The notes beneath the pieces are model-generated. The model did not search any database. It was not told the origin of the DNA and saw only the letters and a program-made list of their open reading frames with translations. From assembly GCA_049968255.1 (NCBI GenBank), contig JBMFRB010000001.1:397495-461494 (forward strand): DNA of 64,000 bases. Direction: 5' to 3'. A program made the translations under genes and the position numbers. Of this stretch, positions 49,061 to 58,693 are shown in pieces. Source of the stretch: Candidatus Sumerlaeaceae bacterium (GTDB lineage: Bacteria > Sumerlaeota > Sumerlaeia > Sumerlaeales > Sumerlaeaceae). Positions within the stretch are counted from its first letter, which is position 1, and each line of letters begins with the position of its first letter.

Positions 49061-49984
49061 GTGGTGAACGTTGTGAGCGATTCTGTAGATCTGCGCACGC
49101 TTCCCCTGGAAAAGCTCATCGAGCGCTCCCAGGTACTGGTCGAGGCACTCCCCTACATCCATCAGTTTCGCGGAGCCACAATCGTGGTGAAATATGGAGG
49201 CCACGCTATGGTGGATCCCGTGCTGAAGGCGAGTATCATTCAGGATCTGGCACTCATGGCAATCGTGGGCATGCGACCGGTCGTAGTCCACGGAGGTGGG
49301 CCCGAAATTTCCGCGTTGATGAAAAAGCTCGGGCTTCAGCCGCAATTCGTGGCTGGTCAGCGAGTGACCGATGCAGAGACGCTCGACGTGGCAGAAATGG
49401 TGCTCGCTGGCAAAATCAACAGTGAAATCACGCTTGCTCTCAACCGCGCAGGCGTACGGGCCTGTGGCCTGACGGGCAAGGACATGGGACTCATCTTGGC
49501 GAGGAAACTTTATCACGAGCCCCCCGAGGGTGGACCTAAAGTTGATATTGGTTTCGTTGGCGACGTCGTCCGCATAGATCCCACAATCATCCGCATTCTT
49601 CAGGAAAACGATATTATTCCTGTCATATCGCCGATAGGGGTGGATGAAGACGGCCAGACCTACAACATCAATGCCGACACTGTGGCCAGCGACGTCGCAG
49701 CGGCACTGCGTGCAGATAAATTTATCTTGCTCACGGACGTGCGGGGCATTCTCCGCGATCGACAAGATGAGTCTACTCTCATTCACTCTTTGCGGCAGGA
49801 GGAGATCGAGCCCCTCATCGAGCAAGGAGTCATCCATGGCGGAATGATTCCGAAAGTGCGAGCATGCCTCGACGCATTGCGTGCGGGCGTGAAGAAAACC
49901 CACATTCTCGACGGACGCTTGCCGCACTCCTTGCTGCTCGAAATCTTCACAGACCGAGGAATCGGCACACAGATTGTCCCCTAG
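49061..49984 (+). CDS. argB: Acetylglutamate kinase
   Basis: EALPYI, VKYGG, VHGGGP, NINADT, GGMIPKV, LLEIFT..GIGT; GTG start after AGGAGG. Confidence 0.95.
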   Translation: MVNVVSDSVDLRTLPLEKLIERSQVLVEALPYIHQFRGATIVVKYGGHAMVDPVLKASIIQDLALMAIVGMRPVVVHGGGPEISALMKKLGLQPQFVAGQRVTDAETLDVAEMVLAGKINSEITLALNRAGVRACGLTGKDMGLILARKLYHEPPEGGPKVDIGFVGDVVRIDPTIIRILQENDIIPVISPIGVDEDGQTYNINADTVASDVAAALRADKFILLTDVRGILRDRQDESTLIHSLRQEEIEPLIEQGVIHGGMIPKVRACLDALRAGVKKTHILDGRLPHSLLLEIFTDRGIGTQIVP

Positions 49985-50020
49985 CAAGAAATCTGTTGGG
50001 ACGCGAAAAAATAGTCGAAT

Positions 50021-51001
50021 TTACAGCTCGCCCTCGCGTCGGAGAATCTCCATGTAGCTGAGCCGTTTCTTTGGACAGATGAAATCGGGATGCTGCGTCA
50101 CGGTGTGGATTTTGCGGCGTAGCTGTTCGGGTGTGAATGGTTTCTCGAGATAGTCCGAGGCCCCAAGTGTAAACGCTTTGGCAATGGCTTCGTGATCAGT
50201 CCGCGACGAGACAAAAATGATTTTGCTCCCGCGCAGGCGTCGGTTGATGCGAATGAGATGCGAAAGATGAAAGCCATTGAGCTTGGGCATCACGATATCG
50301 AGCAGTAGAATGTCCGGCTGATAAGCCACTATTTTTTCTGGCGCGAGTTCTGAATCGGAAATCCCAATGATTTCGTAATCTTCTCGCAAAATGGATTTCA
50401 CATAGTTGACCACATCCACGTCGTCATCAATAATCATTACCCGAACGCGACGTGACGTTGACGGCGTAAGAGGCCGGTGTGGTTGGCTCACGGGCTCTTC
50501 CTCGCCGCGTGCGGGCGTGGGCTTCTCCTCACCCTCTTCACGAGCCCCCATCACGCATTCGCGGTACGGACTATTAGCAACTAGCTCATCGAGCGAGAAG
50601 CGCTTCTGACGAGGCACGATGCAATGCTGCTTCACCATCTGACCAACAAGCTCTAGAAGATCCTGTGGATCGAAAGGCTTCTGGAGGTAGTAATCGCCGC
50701 CAGCACCCATCGCCTCACGCACCGCCTCGTTGTCAGAGCGTCCGGTCAGAAAGACAACCGGCACGTGTGCGAACCTCGCATCTTTCTTGATGGCACGGAC
50801 AGCATCAATGCCCGTGAGCACCGGCATCATCACATCCATGACAATGAAATCGGGTTCGTAGCGATCTATGCGCTCGAGGGCCTCGACGCCGCTCGCGCAC
50901 GTGATCACCTCGAAGTGTTTGCTCAGAGCGTGACTGACAATAAGCCGGACGTCGGGATCATCATCGACGACAAGAACGCGAATGTGCGGAGCTGATGTCA
51001 T
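50021..51001 (-). CDS. Double receiver-domain response regulator without output domain
   Basis: VVDDD..DVMMP..LTG..KPF and IIDDD..DIVMP..VSS..KPF. Confidence 0.88.
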   Translation of the reverse strand: MTSAPHIRVLVVDDDPDVRLIVSHALSKHFEVITCASGVEALERIDRYEPDFIVMDVMMPVLTGIDAVRAIKKDARFAHVPVVFLTGRSDNEAVREAMGAGGDYYLQKPFDPQDLLELVGQMVKQHCIVPRQKRFSLDELVANSPYRECVMGAREEGEEKPTPARGEEEPVSQPHRPLTPSTSRRVRVMIIDDDVDVVNYVKSILREDYEIIGISDSELAPEKIVAYQPDILLLDIVMPKLNGFHLSHLIRINRRLRGSKIIFVSSRTDHEAIAKAFTLGASDYLEKPFTPEQLRRKIHTVTQHPDFICPKKRLSYMEILRREGEL

Positions 51002-51096
51002 TTCGCTCCCTCTACTGCGCACAGAGGAGACCCTGCGTCAAGGGTGGAGGTAGAGGAAACGTGTGGCTGGCCATCTCATGAGGCCCGCAATGAGGA

Positions 51097-53106
51097 CTAC
51101 ATTTGTTGGCGCTTTTTCTCGCGCGCGAGGCGCAGCTTTTGTCGCACTTCTTCATTCTCAGGGTGGATCGCAGCCGCAATAGAAAGAAAGTGAACCGCCT
51201 GTTTGTAATTTTGCTCCTCGAGCGCCCGCAGGCCACGCTGATACTGTTCCTGGAACATCCGCTCACTGCGCTCATCCAGTTCTTTAGGTTTCCCCGTAGG
51301 AGAAGTCTCGGTGGTCAGCTGTTCACGCGGCGGCGGGGTCGAAGGGGCTTTCTCCTGTTGGCTCGCGGCAGGCTGAGAAATGGATGTGGGTAATTCGATG
51401 ATTTTCGTCTCTGCTAATTCCTCGTGCTGAGCTTTCCACTGGAGTTTTAGCGTTTTTGTTTCCTCAGGCTCCTGGGCGCGTGGGGACGCGTCCGAGCTTT
51501 CAGGCGGTGGCGGCGAGATGATGATCGTGGAAACGTCCTCGGTCGGCGGTGCTCCAGCTGGCGGTATTTCACTCCTCGCTGCGGGTGATGACAAACCATC
51601 GAGCTCGCCCTCGGCAAGCTGGAGCGCCAAACTATCCAGTTCCAAAGGCTGCAAAGATGATGGTTCGGGCGGCTGACTCGCGGGAGATTCTTGGCTCCTC
51701 TTTTCTCTGCTCTGTTCAGCGATGTCAGCATTTGCTGGCGGCCGGACATCCGCAACCGGAGGTTCAGCCGCGGCAGAGACGCCTCCAAGGATATCCTCCA
51801 ATTGCAGCGCTGGAACGTCTGGCGGGGCGCTATCCGCCAACGTTTGTGCCTCTGAGTCTAGGCCCAGCGAAGCTGGCGGGAGCTCCGATTTCATTTCTTT
51901 GGAAGGCTGTTGGGCGGGTGTGATCACAATTTTGCTGTCTTCAAGATGGGCGGTGTAAGTTTTCTGAGATGGCGACGAGGATTCTTCGATGGGCAACTCA
52001 ATACCGAGATCCTCGAACGAGACAATATTTGGGACATCTCGAGATTGCGAAGTCTCAGTTGGCACAGAGGCACTAAGATCAAAATCTCGCGCAGACGGCG
52101 CCTCCCAAGGCCGCTCGGTGGCGATAGGTGGCGGCTCGGGAAGAGGAACTTCTGGTACGAACTGCTCAGCTGGCGCAACCGCACTGGATTGTGCAGATTT
52201 ATTTTCCGGCGCTTTCTCAGTTGTTGGCATGTCGCTTCCTGCCGCGCCGGTCGTCGCAAACGAGTGCTGCGATCCCAAAATAGGAGAAGAGAGCCCCAAG
52301 CCGGGTGTCGCACTGCTCAGGTCAAGTCCGCCTCCCAGCGCACTGGCGGGCGATGGTGCGAGGGATTCACGGCTATCGCTTGTTGGGCCGAACTCAGGTT
52401 GCGGCGCCGCCTCAACGGTCACTGCTCCACGCGGGGCACTGCTCTTACCCTCGGCAGGCTCTGCGATGGGCTTTTCACCGGCTGCTCGCCTAGTTCTCTT
52501 CTTCTTTGCAAACAAGAACAGAGCAATAGCACCAACACCAAGCAAAACCATAACGATTCCAACAACGATGGCTGGCTGCGCTGGGCGTTGAGAACTCTGG
52601 GCCGCCCGGGTGAGCGCATCTCGCCCCGTTGAACTTGCCAACGGCTCTGGTTGCTTCGAAGCTTGCTGTCCAGTACGTTGGGGGACAACGGCCGGTGTTG
52701 GCCTCCCCAGACTCTCTATGGCTGGGGTCTTTGCTTCCGACGGTTCAACATCAGCTTGCCGGCCCACTTTGGACTGCTGCAAACGCTGCCTGGCCCACTC
52801 ACGGTAAAGTCCAACACTGTCATTGTTGGGCATGATTTGGTTGGCTTCGTCACACAAACGCAGAACCTCGGCATAGTCGCCAGAGACAAAAGCCTTGCGG
52901 ATGATTTCGATTTTTTCGTCGAGCAGTCGCTGCTTCTCGACTTCGTCCGCTGATAGAGCCGCTGAGCCGGCCTCCGTGTTCTGCTGGGCAAGGACAATGG
53001 GAGGCGCAGCACTCGAGAGCAAGACAATAGCCACCACCCACGCTCCAAGGCCGCGTGCTAAGTGAATCTTTGTTTGTCTTTTCTTCGCGTTGACGTTATT
53101 ACTCAT
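51097..53106 (-). CDS. Bitopic membrane protein with TPR-like ends and a long acidic Pro/Ser-rich disordered region (FimV/HubP-like architecture)
   Basis: Signal-like segment, TPR-like helix pair, TM followed by KKKRTRR, about 400 aa low complexity, C-terminal TPR-like unit; start uncertain (53106-53178). Confidence 0.6.
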   Translation of the reverse strand: MSNNVNAKKRQTKIHLARGLGAWVVAIVLLSSAAPPIVLAQQNTEAGSAALSADEVEKQRLLDEKIEIIRKAFVSGDYAEVLRLCDEANQIMPNNDSVGLYREWARQRLQQSKVGRQADVEPSEAKTPAIESLGRPTPAVVPQRTGQQASKQPEPLASSTGRDALTRAAQSSQRPAQPAIVVGIVMVLLGVGAIALFLFAKKKRTRRAAGEKPIAEPAEGKSSAPRGAVTVEAAPQPEFGPTSDSRESLAPSPASALGGGLDLSSATPGLGLSSPILGSQHSFATTGAAGSDMPTTEKAPENKSAQSSAVAPAEQFVPEVPLPEPPPIATERPWEAPSARDFDLSASVPTETSQSRDVPNIVSFEDLGIELPIEESSSPSQKTYTAHLEDSKIVITPAQQPSKEMKSELPPASLGLDSEAQTLADSAPPDVPALQLEDILGGVSAAAEPPVADVRPPANADIAEQSREKRSQESPASQPPEPSSLQPLELDSLALQLAEGELDGLSSPAARSEIPPAGAPPTEDVSTIIISPPPPESSDASPRAQEPEETKTLKLQWKAQHEELAETKIIELPTSISQPAASQQEKAPSTPPPREQLTTETSPTGKPKELDERSERMFQEQYQRGLRALEEQNYKQAVHFLSIAAAIHPENEEVRQKLRLAREKKRQQM

Positions 53107-53234
53107 GCAGAGTATTCTTTTCCTGCTCGCCCAGTCACGAATCTCATCCATCGAGCGAGCAGGGGAAAATTCTATCAACTGAAAATGATGAAGCAGCTAC
53201 CCTATGTGAGAAGCACAATCGCAGCGCAGCAAAC

Positions 53235-55808
53235 TTATTTTTTCTGCATGCGCTGGAGCTTTTCAATTTTGGCAACGACGTCTCGGTAACCGGCGTCAAC
53301 GTGGAAGATCCGCTTGAACGTTTGAAGAGCGGCAGCAATTTCCCCATCTTTTTCCATCAATTCGGCTGCGCGGTAAAGCAAGGCTTTGAGTTTTGCCGCT
53401 TCGTCAGAGCGGTCTTTCGGGGAGAGTTGGACGCGGCTGAGCATGTCGCGGGCATCGTCATAAAGCCCTTTGAAAGCTAAGACGTAGCCCAATTTCGCGG
53501 CGGCAACGTTGCTGGAATCTGGCGCAAGGGTTGCCTTCTGATACTCGACGATTGCGTCGTTGAGCTGCCCCAGATCATGATAGATATCGCCGAGTTCAAG
53601 ATGCACCAGTCCATCCTTTTCTGGATCGTTGGTGAGGGAATTTCGGAGCTCCTCGATGCGCGCCCGGCGCTCTTTTTCCTGGTAATTTTTGACCAGCTCC
53701 CTCACGGCAGGATCCCCCGGATCCAGTGCCTGAGCGCGCACAGCCAGTGCAAGTGCTTCGGAGAATTGCTTGCGCTTCGCTGCTAGCTGCGCTAACGTGA
53801 CAAGCAGGGGCTTGTTGCTTGAGTCAATTTTTAGCAATTCATAGCCCGCGTCTCGAGCGCGGTCTTCAAGGCCCAACGAAAGCGCGAGCTCAAATTCGAG
53901 GCGCAGCACGGTGGCATTTTTTTCGCCACCCGCGGCAACATAGCGATCTAGATAATTCAGTGCGCTCTCGTTACGGCCAGCTTCCGCGGCGTTCTGGGCA
54001 AGAAAGAGAAGAGACGGGAGGTGATGGGGATTTTCATGGAGGATCTTTTGGGCGCCTTCGAGCAATACGTGTGCACCAGCGATCGTTTCCTCCGAGAGTA
54101 TTTGATAGAGTTTGAACACTTCATCCCATTTGTGCTGGCGGAGGTACAAATCAGCAAGATAGGCCATGAGACGCGAAGTGTGCCCATAGCGCTCGACTAG
54201 CTTCTCGACCTCTCGCATCACGTGCTCGAGCAGTTCGGGGCGGCCATGAAGGAGTTCTTCTAACGCCACGACGACACGGTCTGCATTTCCGCGGGCAGTG
54301 AGGCGATCATAGAGCTGGAAACGCAGCTCAAGGTCGTCGGGAGTTTGCTCAACCTTGCGGGAAAGCTCTTCCAGCTCTTGGTCGAGCAAGAATTCGCGGA
54401 TACGATGCTGCAGGCTCGTGAGGCGGGCCCGTACCTCTGGAGAATTGTCCTCGGGAAGTTTTTCAGCGCGTTGCGCTTGCTTCTGGGCCTCTGGAATACG
54501 GCCCTGCTCGAAATAGCTATAAGCGAGAAGCCATCCGGCTTCCATCGAATGCTCCAAGGCCGGAGAGGAAGCAATAATTTGTTCGACTCGATCGTAGTTC
54601 GCGCGAGCAAAATGCTCGTTGGCGGCTTCCAGCCTTTCCTCGCGTGTGGCATCGCCGAGATCGATGAGGAAGTCGAGCTGAGCCAGAATCTCATCGAGGC
54701 GTCCTTGCCACCGCAAGATCTCGATGAGGCGGCGTCGGTAGCCCGTTTCATTGGGAAAGAGCTGGATGAGCTGCAAGAGGGACTCTTTCTCTAGCTCGAG
54801 CTCGTTAGTTCGGTGCGCCAGGTCGGCCAAAGCCTCGAGCAAGGAGCGGTCGCGCGGATGGTGGCGCAGGGCACGCAGGTATGCTTCTTTCGCTCTGGTG
54901 AAAGGCGGACCGTCGTGCTCATATTCCTTGCACAGGGCTTTGATTTCTTCAAAGGACCCGACTTCGAACGTCAACTCGCAAATGTGTTCGGCCCAGTGAT
55001 GACGCTCGTTAACGTGAAGCTTCTGCAATGCCTCAAGCGCCTTGCGTTTCTGTCCCGTCTTTTCCCACAGCGCGATCAGTTTGCGAAAGAGTGCTGTGGA
55101 AGGAGACAAATGATGGGCTTCCTCGTAGAAATCAGCAGCGCGTTTCAAGTCGCCCTGGCATTCCGCAAGCTGACCAAGCACATTGCAGAGGTCTGCATCA
55201 CGCTCCCCGTCTTCGTAGGCCTGCAGAAGGTAGCGATCGGCGCCCATGCATTTGCCCAATCGCGCAAGCGAGAGAGCGAGAATGTTCTCACCGATGCGAT
55301 GCGATGGACACAGCATAAGACCGATCTTCGCCCACCAATAAGCAATCGTTGCCGGTGCATTATCCAGAGCCTGGCGGGCAAGCTTGATGAAAAGACGCCC
55401 CAACACTCCTTCGGCCCAGACCCAGGCACTCGCTAAGGCAACGACGACAAAGGCGGCGATTCCAACGGCAACGACGTTGTCCAGGTTGACTTGCCAACGC
55501 CCAAGGAAATACCCGCCTAAGAACGAAAAATAACTCGTGACTAAAAGCCAGGTTCGCACGTGGGGGCGCTTAGGACGCATGGGATCGAGTCCCAGGGCAT
55601 AGGCAAGCGCAGAAACCGTCGTGCAACTAAAGAAGAGGGCGGCTGCCACGGGCCCTGCCAATTCGACCAATGAAGTGTAAAGATCATGGAGGACAAGTCC
55701 ATCGCTCCAGAGCACATAATTCAGCACAGCTCCTGCCACGTTGGCCACCATGGCGACAAGGGTGGCAAGTGTGAAAAGCAGGTCGCGTTTGCGATTCCCG
55801 TAAGTCAC
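53235..55808 (-). CDS. Membrane-anchored multi-TPR protein
   Basis: About 4 N-terminal TM helices, many TPR-like units, C-terminal FHVDAGYRDV; GTGA overlap with the upstream gene. Confidence 0.75.
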   Translation of the reverse strand: MTYGNRKRDLLFTLATLVAMVANVAGAVLNYVLWSDGLVLHDLYTSLVELAGPVAAALFFSCTTVSALAYALGLDPMRPKRPHVRTWLLVTSYFSFLGGYFLGRWQVNLDNVVAVGIAAFVVVALASAWVWAEGVLGRLFIKLARQALDNAPATIAYWWAKIGLMLCPSHRIGENILALSLARLGKCMGADRYLLQAYEDGERDADLCNVLGQLAECQGDLKRAADFYEEAHHLSPSTALFRKLIALWEKTGQKRKALEALQKLHVNERHHWAEHICELTFEVGSFEEIKALCKEYEHDGPPFTRAKEAYLRALRHHPRDRSLLEALADLAHRTNELELEKESLLQLIQLFPNETGYRRRLIEILRWQGRLDEILAQLDFLIDLGDATREERLEAANEHFARANYDRVEQIIASSPALEHSMEAGWLLAYSYFEQGRIPEAQKQAQRAEKLPEDNSPEVRARLTSLQHRIREFLLDQELEELSRKVEQTPDDLELRFQLYDRLTARGNADRVVVALEELLHGRPELLEHVMREVEKLVERYGHTSRLMAYLADLYLRQHKWDEVFKLYQILSEETIAGAHVLLEGAQKILHENPHHLPSLLFLAQNAAEAGRNESALNYLDRYVAAGGEKNATVLRLEFELALSLGLEDRARDAGYELLKIDSSNKPLLVTLAQLAAKRKQFSEALALAVRAQALDPGDPAVRELVKNYQEKERRARIEELRNSLTNDPEKDGLVHLELGDIYHDLGQLNDAIVEYQKATLAPDSSNVAAAKLGYVLAFKGLYDDARDMLSRVQLSPKDRSDEAAKLKALLYRAAELMEKDGEIAAALQTFKRIFHVDAGYRDVVAKIEKLQRMQKK

Positions 55809-56491
55809 GTTTCCTCCCGGGGGATTCGCCCGTTGCTCACCGCTGATGAAAAGTCGCCTTCAAGCTTACACATGCTATCTTGTGAGTCACGGTGATAGAC
55901 GTAGGTGGGAAATTCAACCTTTTCAATGTGGAGAATGCGCTGGGCGCGCTGGAAAAGTTCGTAGTCGCAACCAAAATTGGGAGAGCGAAAACCACCGAGA
56001 GACACAAAAGCATCTTTTCTGATAAAGAATGTGCCGCCAACGACACAAGCGGAGAGATGGACCAGGCGCGTTGGGTCGTGAACATCGGGAACGTAAGCAC
56101 TGCCGCCCACCACAACGAATCCCCCGTGCACCATGTCCACGTGAGGATGATCTCGGACGAAGTTGAGGCGCAGCTCCAGGTGGGAAGGCAAGTATTCGTC
56201 GTCTGAGTCGAGGAAAGTGATCCAGCGTCCTGTAGCCAGGCGCGCCGCCCGATTACGGGCGCCCACGAGCCCGCGGTTTTCTTGGGAAAGCCAACGAATG
56301 CGTTTATCGCGCTGAGCAAAGTGGGCGAGGATGTGAGGAGTGCTGTCCTGCGAACCGTCGTCCACCACGATGAGTTCCCAGTGCTTGCAGGTTTGTTGCA
56401 GCACGGACTCGATAGCCCGGGACAGCAAGGGCGCACGGTTGTAGGTCGCAAGGAGGATAGAACACGCGGGCTCGGGATAACGCAGCTCCAT
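55805..56491 (-). CDS. Glycosyltransferase family 2
   Basis: ATYNR, IVVDDGSQD, NRG..ARN, FLDSDD; start 56491 or 56512. Confidence 0.88.
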   Translation of the reverse strand: MELRYPEPACSILLATYNRAPLLSRAIESVLQQTCKHWELIVVDDGSQDSTPHILAHFAQRDKRIRWLSQENRGLVGARNRAARLATGRWITFLDSDDEYLPSHLELRLNFVRDHPHVDMVHGGFVVVGGSAYVPDVHDPTRLVHLSACVVGGTFFIRKDAFVSLGGFRSPNFGCDYELFQRAQRILHIEKVEFPTYVYHRDSQDSMCKLEGDFSSAVSNGRIPREET

Positions 56492-56661
56492 ACAAGTGTC
56501 AGATCTTGGCATAGTTGATGCGCACTTGTCGAGTGGGATACGCTCTGGCGCGGGGTATTTTATCAACAACACTGAAAAAACTAAATTTACAGCATTTTCG
56601 GAAACCAAACATGGGAGGCGACTGTCTGATACAGAGCAAGGTCCACAGGGAGATGACATAC

Positions 56662-56859
56662 ATGACTGCTCAGCAAATTGGCGGTTTGTGGATCATCGCG
56701 CTAGGGCTATTTGTGTTCGCAAGTTCCTTTGCTTTGCGACGCACAACCGCAAACGGCGATGGTGTCCTTTCTCTTGTTGGTTCTCCCCTGCTGACGTGGT
56801 TGACCCGAGTGCTTTCCGTGCTCCTGTGGGGATTGGGCGCGGCGACCTATTACCGTTGA
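56662..56859 (+). CDS. Small two-TM membrane protein (65 aa)
   Basis: GGGAG RBS; two hydrophobic helices (IGGLWIIALGLFVFA, VLSVLLWGLGAA). Confidence 0.45.
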   Translation: MTAQQIGGLWIIALGLFVFASSFALRRTTANGDGVLSLVGSPLLTWLTRVLSVLLWGLGAATYYR

Positions 56860-56881
56860 TGACCGGCGTGATGCTCCACGT

Positions 56882-58570
56882 TTATTCGAACTTGGCCACG
56901 AGGATCGTGATGTCGTCGAACTGTTCCTCGGGGCCACGGAAGAGAAGCGTAGCCTCATAAAGCTCGTCGCGAAGTTCATCGGCCGAGAGGTGAAGATTTT
57001 CGCGCACGCTGCTCACAATACGATCAGTCCCAAACACCTGTTTCTGCGCATTGTGCGTGTCCGTGACACCATCGGTGAGCACGATGAGTGTGTCGCCGGG
57101 CTCGACGGTGACGGTTTCGGTCTCATACTCGATGAACTCCATAATTCCGAGAAAACAGCCGCCAGCGGTGAGCTGGCGGTAGGTGCCATTTGGCTTGAAA
57201 AGCAGAGGTGGTAGGTGCCCGGCGTTGGAATACTCGAACGTGCGGTGGGCGGGATCGTACACACCGAAGAACATGGTGACAAACATGTTATTCGAAGCGT
57301 CTTTGCACGTCCAAGAGTTCACCGCCGCCATGAGCTGGGTTAGTGGCAGATCGGGATGCACATGCGTTTGCATGCGAAGGCTAGCGCGAATTGTGGCAGT
57401 GAGAATGGCAGCGGGCATGCCCTTGCCGCTCACATCCGCAACGACGAGAGCCACACGCCCGTCAGAAAGCTCAAAATAATCATAGTAATCGCCGCCTACT
57501 TTTCGGGCGGGCACACTCAGGGCAGCGAAGGCAACACCCTTCACTTCAGGTGCTTTCTTGGGCAAGAGCGCCATTTGAATCGAACGGGCAAGTTCGAGTT
57601 CTTTCTCGAGTTTCTGGCGCTCGATCAGCTGCTGGGTGAGACGGGCATTCTCGATCGCAAGCGCTGCTTGAGCTGCAACCCCTTTCATGAGATCGAGATC
57701 CTCTTCGGTATAGTAAACTTCGCCCGGCACCTGAGAGTCGATGTAGATCACGCCTTCTGCGCCGCTCTTGGTCACAAGCGGAACACACATCGCAGAACGA
57801 ATGCGCCCGCGGATGATACTCTCATTTGCGGCAAATCGGACGTCGGACGGCGCATCGGAGACGAGAATGGCCACTTGCTCGGCCATGCACCGCTCCACAA
57901 TCCCGCGGCTGATATGAATTTCGTCGGAGGCCCCCTCGTGGACGCGCACCACGACGGGATCAAGTATTCCTTCTTCCGCGTCTTTAAGCAGAATGATGCC
58001 GCGGTGGGGAGTTGCCACCTCCCAGATGATGTCCATCAGCTTGTGGAGTAATTCGTTGAGATCCCAAATGGAGCGGATGGAGTCCGTCACGCGGTAGAGT
58101 ACGCGAAGTCGCTCGAACGGATCATTGAGCTGGTCGCGGCGGAAGGGCTCCTGCACGGCAAGTGGCTGCTGGCTTGCGCTTTCGATAAATAGCTGGCCAG
58201 GCGCACGAAGCTCACCATTAGATTCGAGTCTGACCGAGCCCGTGGATTTGGTACGTGGGTCTGGAGCTTCGCCCTCGTCCGGATCCAACTCGAAAAGCAG
58301 AAGACAATCGCCAATCTGGATTCGATCACCACTGTGGAGCTGGATTCGGCCAACAAGTGGCTTATTGTTGACTAGCGTGCCGTTCTTGCTGCCAAGATCT
58401 TCGATCACAAACCCGTGGCGCTGAGCCTGGATGACGGCGTGATGGCGACTTACCCGCTTGTCAATAATCTGCACATCGCACGAGGCACTTCGGCCAAGTG
58501 TGACCGCGCTCGACCCCAGGGGGTAAATCATCCCTGCGTCATGACCTTTCTCAATGATTAGGCGAGCCAT
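56882..58570 (-). CDS. FHA-GAF-SpoIIE (PP2C) protein phosphatase
   Basis: GRS..VSRHHA..DLGSKNGT (FHA); RSAMCVPL..IENA (GAF); GGDYYD, ADVSGKG, NAGH, TDG, DDIT (PP2C). Confidence 0.92.
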   Translation of the reverse strand: MARLIIEKGHDAGMIYPLGSSAVTLGRSASCDVQIIDKRVSRHHAVIQAQRHGFVIEDLGSKNGTLVNNKPLVGRIQLHSGDRIQIGDCLLLFELDPDEGEAPDPRTKSTGSVRLESNGELRAPGQLFIESASQQPLAVQEPFRRDQLNDPFERLRVLYRVTDSIRSIWDLNELLHKLMDIIWEVATPHRGIILLKDAEEGILDPVVVRVHEGASDEIHISRGIVERCMAEQVAILVSDAPSDVRFAANESIIRGRIRSAMCVPLVTKSGAEGVIYIDSQVPGEVYYTEEDLDLMKGVAAQAALAIENARLTQQLIERQKLEKELELARSIQMALLPKKAPEVKGVAFAALSVPARKVGGDYYDYFELSDGRVALVVADVSGKGMPAAILTATIRASLRMQTHVHPDLPLTQLMAAVNSWTCKDASNNMFVTMFFGVYDPAHRTFEYSNAGHLPPLLFKPNGTYRQLTAGGCFLGIMEFIEYETETVTVEPGDTLIVLTDGVTDTHNAQKQVFGTDRIVSSVRENLHLSADELRDELYEATLLFRGPEEQFDDITILVAKFE

Positions 58571-58693
58571 CTTTCTGACTGTTTCTAGTAAAGAGAGAGT
58601 TCCTCTGGCAAAATAAAGAAGAAAAAATGGCCGGAAAAATTCAAAGTCGCTCGACCCAGTAATGAAGCAGTGCGCTCATGGCTACGCACACGG

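Noticed and set aside
49034-49987. 317-aa minus-strand ORF exactly mirroring argB
   Set aside because: Antisense shadow caused by codon bias; no recognisable motifs
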